A stretch of DNA of 64,000 bases. Source: Minisyncoccota bacterium. Lineage in GTDB: Bacteria; Patescibacteriota; Minisyncoccia; Phycocordibacterales; JBAZVT01. The stretch lies in NCBI GenBank assembly GCA_041660745.1, contig JBAZVT010000001.1:4377-68376 (forward strand), read 5' to 3'. The notes beneath the pieces were generated by a model. The model was not told the DNA's origin. It made no database searches and saw only the letters and a list, made by a program, of their open reading frames with translations. A program made the translations under genes and the position numbers. Numbering within the stretch: the first letter of the stretch is position 1; every line of letters starts with the position of its first letter. Shown one piece after another: positions 57,633-64,000 of the stretch.

Positions 57633-60600
57633 TTACCTCTCAAAGGGGCCGGGCGCATCGGCAGGGTGTCGGATAGCATAACGAATCCCTAACCATGACT
57701 CAAAATCCCTGACGTAACTGAATAAAATGGGCACGAAGATCAGGCTAAGCGCGGTTGATGACAGTAAGCCGCCCATCACCGCGATGGCCATCGGCGCACG
57801 GAAGGAGGAATCGGCCCCAAGCCCTGCCGCAATGGGCAGCATCCCGGCCAGCATGGCGGACGAGGTCATGATTATGGGGCGGGCGCGGATTAGGCAGGCT
57901 TCTATTATCGCTTCCCGCATCGGCGTACCGGCGCGCATTTTCTCAATCATGTAATCCACCAGCAGGATGGCGTTCTTATCGGCAATGCCCATCAACATCA
58001 ACAGGCCAATGGCGACCGGCATGTTGAATGCCGTGCCGGTGAGCAGCAAAGCCAGGAATGACCCGCCAATGGCAAGCGGCAGCGCGGCCATGCGGGTGAG
58101 CGGTTGCAGCCAGTCCCGATACAGCAAAACCTGGATGGCATAGACCATCATCAGTCCGGCACCGATGGCGGTGAGGAAGCCGGTAAATAACTCCTGCATC
58201 ATTTCGACATCGCCGGTATCCAAACGCTGGATGTCGGCGGGCAGGTTTTGCAGCACAGGCAGCTTATTGATTTTTTCTACGGCAGTGCCCAACGGCACAC
58301 CATTCAGGTTCGCCGCTATGCTGATTTTACGTTGGCGGTCATCGCGCTCGATCACGCTGGGGCCAATGCCATACGCCACTTGCGCCACCGCTTTTATAGG
58401 CACGGCAGTGCCGTTGAGTGCAGGCAGCTTCAGGTTTTCGAGCACGGAAAGATTGGGATAATCGGCTGGCGGCAGGCGTACCCGTATCGGTATTTGTCGA
58501 TTGCCGTCGTTGAATTTGGCAAGCTGCGGTTCGTTATCCCCTATCGTGGCTATGCGAATCGCATCGCTGATTTGGTTGACCGTCAAACCCAGCGTGGCGA
58601 GCTTTTCAAAATCCGGCGTGATGATAATTTCAGGTTGTGGTTGTGCGGCACTGTTGGTGACGCTGCTCAGTTCGGGCAAGGCGCGCATCTGGCGCTCCAA
58701 GGTGGAGGCGGTGCTCTCCAGCTCCGCTGGGTTTTCGCTCAACAGGGTAATGTTTAGTTCTTTATCACCCTTATTGTTGGCGAAGTTTATGCGGACATCC
58801 GGGAACTTATGCAGTTCCGGGACTAATGCTTGCTCGAATTCACGCTGGCCTATTTCTCGTTCACTTCGCGGCACCAATTTGACGGTCAAACTCGCTTTAT
58901 TCACGCCGCCGTCCCTTTCATCGATCAAAGTTAGGACGTAGGCCACTTCTTTGCGCTGACGTAACATTTGCATAAGGTCTTGTGCGGTTTTATCGGTAGC
59001 CTCGATAGTCGCACCGCGCGGCATTTCTATCACGAGTTGCGACTGTGAGGTTTCTTCTTGAGGCATGGCTCCGGTTTGCAAAAAGGGGATGAGCGCGAAC
59101 GAACCTACCAGGATTACGCCGGCGATACCCAGCGTTTTAAGCCGGTGATCCAGAGTCCATTCGACCAGGTTATGGTAACGTTTTGTCCACTTGCTTGTTG
59201 GCAGCGCTTCGGCTTTTTCGTTGTGTGGCTTACACAAGTACGCAGCCAGCATCGGGGTGAGCAAGCGCGCCACAAGCAGCGAGAAAAAGGCCGCAATGGC
59301 CACCGTCATACCAAATTGCTTGAAGATTTGACCGACCATGCCGCCCAAAAAACTGACTGGCGCAAAGACGGCGCAAATGACCATCGTTGTGGCAACGACG
59401 GCTAGGCCGATTTCATCAGCCGCCTCCATTGCGGCTTCATAAGGCCGCTTGCCGCCGTCTAAATGGCGGTGAATGTTTTCGATTTCCACAATCGCATCAT
59501 CCACCAGCACCCCGGTTACCAAGGTGATGGCCAGCAAGCTGACCTGATTCAGCGAAAAGTCCAGCCAGGACATGACTAGGAATGTCGGGATAACCGAAAA
59601 GGGGATGGCAATAGCCGCCAGTACGGTGGCCCGTCCGTTGCGCAGGAACAGGTACATGACAAAAATCGTCAGCAGCGTGCCTTCAAAAAAGGCGGAAAGG
59701 GTGGCGTGAAAACTGGTCAGAGTCTCCTCGGCGGTTGAAAATAATTCGGTAAACTTGATGTCGGGTTGATCTGCCTGTAGGCGTTTAAGTGCTGCCTGTA
59801 CCTTCTCGGTCATGGCGACATCGCTGGCACCTTTGGCGCGGTAAAGCTGGAACGTAACCGCAGGCTTGCCATCCAGTTTGGTGATATTGCGTGCTTCCGC
59901 GCCGCCATCGGTGACTTCACCCAAATCGGATAAGCGCAGCATCCGGTTATTGTCCAGTGCAATTCGCAGGTTTTTAAGCTTATCGACGCTGTTGGCACCG
60001 CCCAAGGTGCGGAGGGTGTGTTCCGTGCCGCCAACGGTGATGCGCCCGCCGGGCAGGTCAATCGTGATCAGCGCCAGCCGACGGCTGATGTCGCTGGCGG
60101 TAAGGTTGTATGATTCCAAGCGTGCAGGATTCAGTGTGATGGTGATTTCATGGTCAACACCACCTTTGCGTTCCAGTTGTGCCACACCCGGAAGACTTAA
60201 CAGTTCACGGCTTAAACGGTCATCGATAAATTCGCTGAGTGCTTCGGGGCTGAGGTTGGGTGCTTCCACACTATAGGTGAGGGCGGGGCCGCCAAAACTA
60301 TCTACACGGCTTATCACCGGCTCCAAGATGCTGCCCGGTAATTCTTCGCGCAGCTTGGCTATGGCATCGCGGGTGTCATTCAGCGCGCGGTCGAAATCGG
60401 TCTCGAGTTGAAAGATTACCGTTGTATCGGAATGACTTTGGGTGATGGTCGAGGACACATGCTTCACGCCCAGCACCCCCGTCAATGCACTTTCCACCCG
60501 GCGTGTCACTTGCCCTTCCAGTTCAGTAGGGGCTGCCCCCGGCTGGGTAATGGCGACGGATACGATGGGTATGTCGACGTTTGGAGTATTGTTGATCGGC

Positions 60601-60701
60601 AGTTTGAAATAAGAAACGACACCTGCCACTGTCAGTATCAGAAACAATACCATCGGTGGGATAGGGTTGCGGATAGCCCAGGACGACAGCGTGAATTTCA
60701 T
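57633..60701 (-). CDS. RND efflux permease (AcrB/AcrD/AcrF family)
   Basis: 1022 aa; GVLVDDAIVEIENI, KNAILLVD and RARPIIMTS. Confidence 0.95.
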   Translation of the reverse strand: MKFTLSSWAIRNPIPPMVLFLILTVAGVVSYFKLPINNTPNVDIPIVSVAITQPGAAPTELEGQVTRRVESALTGVLGVKHVSSTITQSHSDTTVIFQLETDFDRALNDTRDAIAKLREELPGSILEPVISRVDSFGGPALTYSVEAPNLSPEALSEFIDDRLSRELLSLPGVAQLERKGGVDHEITITLNPARLESYNLTASDISRRLALITIDLPGGRITVGGTEHTLRTLGGANSVDKLKNLRIALDNNRMLRLSDLGEVTDGGAEARNITKLDGKPAVTFQLYRAKGASDVAMTEKVQAALKRLQADQPDIKFTELFSTAEETLTSFHATLSAFFEGTLLTIFVMYLFLRNGRATVLAAIAIPFSVIPTFLVMSWLDFSLNQVSLLAITLVTGVLVDDAIVEIENIHRHLDGGKRPYEAAMEAADEIGLAVVATTMVICAVFAPVSFLGGMVGQIFKQFGMTVAIAAFFSLLVARLLTPMLAAYLCKPHNEKAEALPTSKWTKRYHNLVEWTLDHRLKTLGIAGVILVGSFALIPFLQTGAMPQEETSQSQLVIEMPRGATIEATDKTAQDLMQMLRQRKEVAYVLTLIDERDGGVNKASLTVKLVPRSEREIGQREFEQALVPELHKFPDVRINFANNKGDKELNITLLSENPAELESTASTLERQMRALPELSSVTNSAAQPQPEIIITPDFEKLATLGLTVNQISDAIRIATIGDNEPQLAKFNDGNRQIPIRVRLPPADYPNLSVLENLKLPALNGTAVPIKAVAQVAYGIGPSVIERDDRQRKISIAANLNGVPLGTAVEKINKLPVLQNLPADIQRLDTGDVEMMQELFTGFLTAIGAGLMMVYAIQVLLYRDWLQPLTRMAALPLAIGGSFLALLLTGTAFNMPVAIGLLMLMGIADKNAILLVDYMIEKMRAGTPMREAIIEACLIRARPIIMTSSAMLAGMLPIAAGLGADSSFRAPMAIAVMGGLLSSTALSLIFVPILFSYVRDFESWLGIRYAIRHPADAPGPFER

Positions 60702-61750
60702 GGCTTTTCCCCTATCGGCGTAATCGTATCGCCTTCTTTCAGCAAATGGCCTGCCCGTACGACGATTTGCAGATCGGTTGTTAACTTGTCACTTTCAACC
60801 AGCACCGCACTGGCGCTGCGTAAACGCACGGTAACGGGCAATGCGCTTATCCGGGTGCCTGTGACTTGCCAGACAAACGCCCCGTCTTTTCCGAGTAAAA
60901 TTGCGCTGGTTGGCAAGGCCAAGCCTTGAGCTTCCCGTGCGACCACCACTAGCTGACCGAATGCACCTACCGCCACCGCGCTACCTTTAACCAAAGTAAT
61001 GCGTACCCGTGCGCTGCGGTTGGCACTGTCCACCCGGGGCGAAATAAGGCGGATGATGCCTGCGATGGGTTGGTCGTGACCGGCGATGTTCACCGCCATT
61101 TTTTGGCCAATGCGTAAGCGGTTGAGGTCGGTTTCAGCCACTGTGGCTTCCAGTTCCATAATGCCGTCCAGCGCAATCCTGAATAAGGGGGTGCTTTCGC
61201 TCACCAAAGCACCAATACGCGCTTGCCGCTCATAGATGAACCCGGCTGCGGGTGACACGGCATCGCCGCGTTTGACGCTTAACGCCGCATCATCACGTCG
61301 GGCTTTGGCTGCCAAGAATGCCCCGCGCTTTTGCTGATAAAGTTCTTGGCTGACCGCGCCACTGTCCTTGATGCCTTCTACCCGATCAAATTCGCCTTTT
61401 GCTTGCGTATAAGCGGCTTCCAACTGCGCGAGCTGATGGCTGAAACTGCTGGCATCAAAGGTGGCAAGGCGCTGGCCTTTGCTTACCGTCATGCCTTCTT
61501 CGGCGGTTACGGTGGCAACACGCACATTCGCCAACTCGCTGGTGATAATTATTTCCTCACGCGGTACGACCACGCCGGAAAGCACCAAGGTTTCGCTGAG
61601 GCTTTGTTGCTTTGGGTGCGTTACCGTGACAGTTAGGGCCGCCGTATCCGCCGCTATCGGCACGACTGCCGGATGAGGCCATAAAAACCATCCGGCGATT
61701 GCAGCAACGATAACGACAGCTATGACAAGCCATTTATGTTTGGGCTTCAT
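60698..61750 (-). CDS. RND membrane fusion protein
   Basis: N-terminal TM helix, lipoyl-like EEGMTVSKGQ.L, coiled coil, SPAAG and ISPRVD. Confidence 0.92.
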   Translation of the reverse strand: MKPKHKWLVIAVVIVAAIAGWFLWPHPAVVPIAADTAALTVTVTHPKQQSLSETLVLSGVVVPREEIIITSELANVRVATVTAEEGMTVSKGQRLATFDASSFSHQLAQLEAAYTQAKGEFDRVEGIKDSGAVSQELYQQKRGAFLAAKARRDDAALSVKRGDAVSPAAGFIYERQARIGALVSESTPLFRIALDGIMELEATVAETDLNRLRIGQKMAVNIAGHDQPIAGIIRLISPRVDSANRSARVRITLVKGSAVAVGAFGQLVVVAREAQGLALPTSAILLGKDGAFVWQVTGTRISALPVTVRLRSASAVLVESDKLTTDLQIVVRAGHLLKEGDTITPIGEKP

Positions 61751-63201
61751 AGCCGCGTCTGTTCAGTTGCAATGCCGCCGCCCAGTGCTTTGGTCAAGGT
61801 CGCTATCCGGCTGGCGTGGTTTGCTTTTGCGTCCTGATGGCCTATCGTGCTACGGGCGTGGGCGACGAGGCTACTTTGCCATTCCAGGTCATCCACCAGT
61901 CCCCGGCTGTGTAAAAGCGTTATATTGGCGCCGATACGCGCCGCGTCCTTCTCGGAGAGGGTCGCGCTGCTTACCTGTTTGGCGGCGGCGCGCTCTGCGG
62001 CTAATGCTTGCTCCACTTCATTGATGGCAACGATGACGGCTTCACGATAAAGGGATGCTTTTTCAGCGAGCCTTGCGTCTTGTGCTTTGGCTTTGGCAAG
62101 GCGTGAGCCCCAGTCAAAGAGGGGAAGGGTAAGAACTGGCATACCGCTCAGTTGCACCGTCCCGCCTGAAAACGGGGCAGCAACAACATTGCCGACTTGC
62201 GATACACTGCCGGTTAGCGACAGTTTCGGGTATCGGTCGGCCTTCGCCAAATCCAGTTTACCGGCGGCGACGATGACATCGGCCTCCGCTTTGCGGATAT
62301 CAGGCCGGTTGCGTATCACATCAACAGGCGTATCGTTAAACACGAAATGGGGGAATAACGGCACTTCCGCCGGGGCTTCCCATTCCGGCGGCGCTTCGGT
62401 CAGGCCACAAAGCCGTGCCAGTTGTTGCCGTGATTCGGCCAAACTAATTTCTGCAGCCGCAAGCTCCCGCGCAACGCTTTGCTCATCTTGCGCCGCACGC
62501 GCAACGCCGGTATAAGCAATCAGGCCCGCTTTGGCTTTAGTCTCGCTCAAAGCCGATATGCGGCTTTGTGCTATGGCGATACTGTTTAATAGCGTCCGTT
62601 TTTTCTGATTGGCACGCAATTGGCTGTATCTCTGCACCGCTTCGGCGATCACAGCCGCACGCACGGCTTGTATATCGGCGCTGGCATAGCTGGTATTGGC
62701 CGCGACTATAGCCTGCGATGTGCCATACTGGCCATAGAGTGGAATTTCCCAAGCGACATCCGACCCGGCACTATACGTCCCCGTGGTTTTGCTATTGCTG
62801 CTATTTACCTGCGTGCCAGCGCCGTTAGCATTGCGATCTAACTGTAGCGACGCACTTAGGTTGATGTTGGGCAGATATTGGGTATTGCCCGCATCGCTCC
62901 GGGCGGCTTGAAGACGGAAACGCGCCTGTTCGATAGACAGGTTATCGCGCTCAATTTTCTCAAGCACAGCCACCAGCACCGGGTCATCGATTTGCCGCCA
63001 CCAAGTGTGCGACAGGGGTACAGGTTGGTCGCCCCTTGGCATTTCAGTATGCCAGCTTTTAGGCAAAGCGACATCGAGTGTAGGCTTTACCATGAACTCG
63101 GTGCAACCCGTCAGCGCCAGGATAATGGGAAGATGAAGCCATAACCTTTTCAGGCTACCTGCGTGAACAAGTAAAGTTGATCTTCGGTAAAAAATTCGCA
63201 T
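61747..63201 (-). CDS. Outer membrane efflux lipoprotein (NodT/TolC family)
   Basis: Lipobox ALTGC, WWRQIDDPVL, NRPDIRKAE, LPLFDWG and KALGGG. Confidence 0.92.
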   Translation of the reverse strand: MRIFYRRSTLLVHAGSLKRLWLHLPIILALTGCTEFMVKPTLDVALPKSWHTEMPRGDQPVPLSHTWWRQIDDPVLVAVLEKIERDNLSIEQARFRLQAARSDAGNTQYLPNINLSASLQLDRNANGAGTQVNSSNSKTTGTYSAGSDVAWEIPLYGQYGTSQAIVAANTSYASADIQAVRAAVIAEAVQRYSQLRANQKKRTLLNSIAIAQSRISALSETKAKAGLIAYTGVARAAQDEQSVARELAAAEISLAESRQQLARLCGLTEAPPEWEAPAEVPLFPHFVFNDTPVDVIRNRPDIRKAEADVIVAAGKLDLAKADRYPKLSLTGSVSQVGNVVAAPFSGGTVQLSGMPVLTLPLFDWGSRLAKAKAQDARLAEKASLYREAVIVAINEVEQALAAERAAAKQVSSATLSEKDAARIGANITLLHSRGLVDDLEWQSSLVAHARSTIGHQDAKANHASRIATLTKALGGGIATEQTRL

Positions 63202-63327
63202 CTATTTCATCCCTGTAATGGGCACTTAAATCTCCAAAAGTCCTTTATGGCTTTCAATAACTTGACCTGCATTTATCGTTGTATTCACATCGTCCCCAAC
63301 TTTATTTGTTCCGAAGGCGGCTTTAGC

Positions 63328-63446
63328 CCGCACGAATGTGCGGTAGCCCGTGGTTTAAAACCACCGACTTTTAGTCGTCTTCACTTTAGTCGGCGGTTTA
63401 GTCCGCCGAAACCAAACCCACCAGCTTTAGCTGGTGGTTGTTTAGT
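63328..63446. repeat. Cluster of five tandem hairpins, IS200/IS605-end or REP-like
   Basis: CCGCAC-GAAT-GTGCGG; GTGGTTT-A-AAACCAC; CGACT-TTT-AGTCG; TCGGCGG-TTTAGT-CCGCCGA; CCACCAGC-TTTA-GCTGGTGG. Confidence 0.65.
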
Positions 63447-63475
63447 CAGCAACATACCTGCGTCAAAAGTACAGA

Positions 63476-63844
63476 TCACATCGCCAAGCCCTGAAAGGCC
63501 GTCGTGTTTTTCCCGCCAATTCGGGGTAGATTGTTGCCGTTATCCAGCCAGCCAATATCTATGCTCAATCGGGTCGACTTTCCGTTCACCACGATGAATA
63601 AGGTTGTACCCAAAACCATCGAACAGCGAGCGGAAGACTCCGTCTTGGTATCTAACACCAATAATTGTGAATACGGATTATTGTCAATCTCCCGGGACTT
63701 CGAAAAACACGCTTGCAAATGCCCCCAACCGTAGCATCCAACGGCCAATCCGATTGGCTTAGTTTTATCATCACCAACCGATGCCGCAGATAGTATGAGC
63801 AGCAAAGCGCTCGCAAACAGGCCTACAACCAATTTGTTGTTCAT
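63476..63844 (-). CDS. Hypothetical exported protein (C-terminus possibly truncated)
   Basis: Signal-peptide-like N-terminus and AAAGGT RBS; ends next to the hairpin cluster. Confidence 0.5.
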   Translation of the reverse strand: MNNKLVVGLFASALLLILSAASVGDDKTKPIGLAVGCYGWGHLQACFSKSREIDNNPYSQLLVLDTKTESSARCSMVLGTTLFIVVNGKSTRLSIDIGWLDNGNNLPRIGGKNTTAFQGLAM

Positions 63845-64000
63845 CGTTATTTACCTTTGCGTAGATAATCGTTTAGCACGGCCCATTATTACGGGATGGC
63901 TAGCATTCAACAACGGTATTGGGATGGGTGTTTAGACCATCCTTAAGACGGGGCGTTACTCCGCCTTAAGGATGAGGCGCATTAAAAACGCTATGAATAT

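Noticed and set aside
63247-63734. + strand ORFs 63247-63597 and 63504-63734
   Set aside because: They run through the hairpin cluster or antisense to 63476-63844; no coding signal.

Overview
Mobile-element DNA, probably from a gammaproteobacterium. No rRNA, tRNA or CRISPR array was seen. Bases ~655-24404 hold a nearly complete, minus-strand PFGI-1/ICEclc/pKLC102-class (MPF-G, MOBH) conjugation backbone: relaxase, TraG, TIGR037xx proteins, VirB4-like ATPase, TraD, transglycosylase and PilL. An AT-rich array of seven iteron-like repeats sits at the window start. A 32-bp motif is duplicated upstream of both transfer operons. The remainder is cargo. It includes an apparently Sec-exported polymorphic toxin operon (secreted PBP-like protein with an in-frame TAG, a prenyltransferase-repeat/IPTL-CTERM protein, a 2429-aa transglutaminase-like/Rhs toxin, its immunity gene and a frameshifted orphan toxin/immunity module). 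There is also a defence cluster (Shango, IetAS, two TA pairs, a truncated HEPN gene and a Ser-type CHAP protein), a dif-like site and an RND efflux operon. Mobile-element pieces include IS5/IS21 remnants, two outward-facing TGT-terminated transposon ends and an integrase + IS91-like element. All family names come from recalled motifs and synteny, not database searches.
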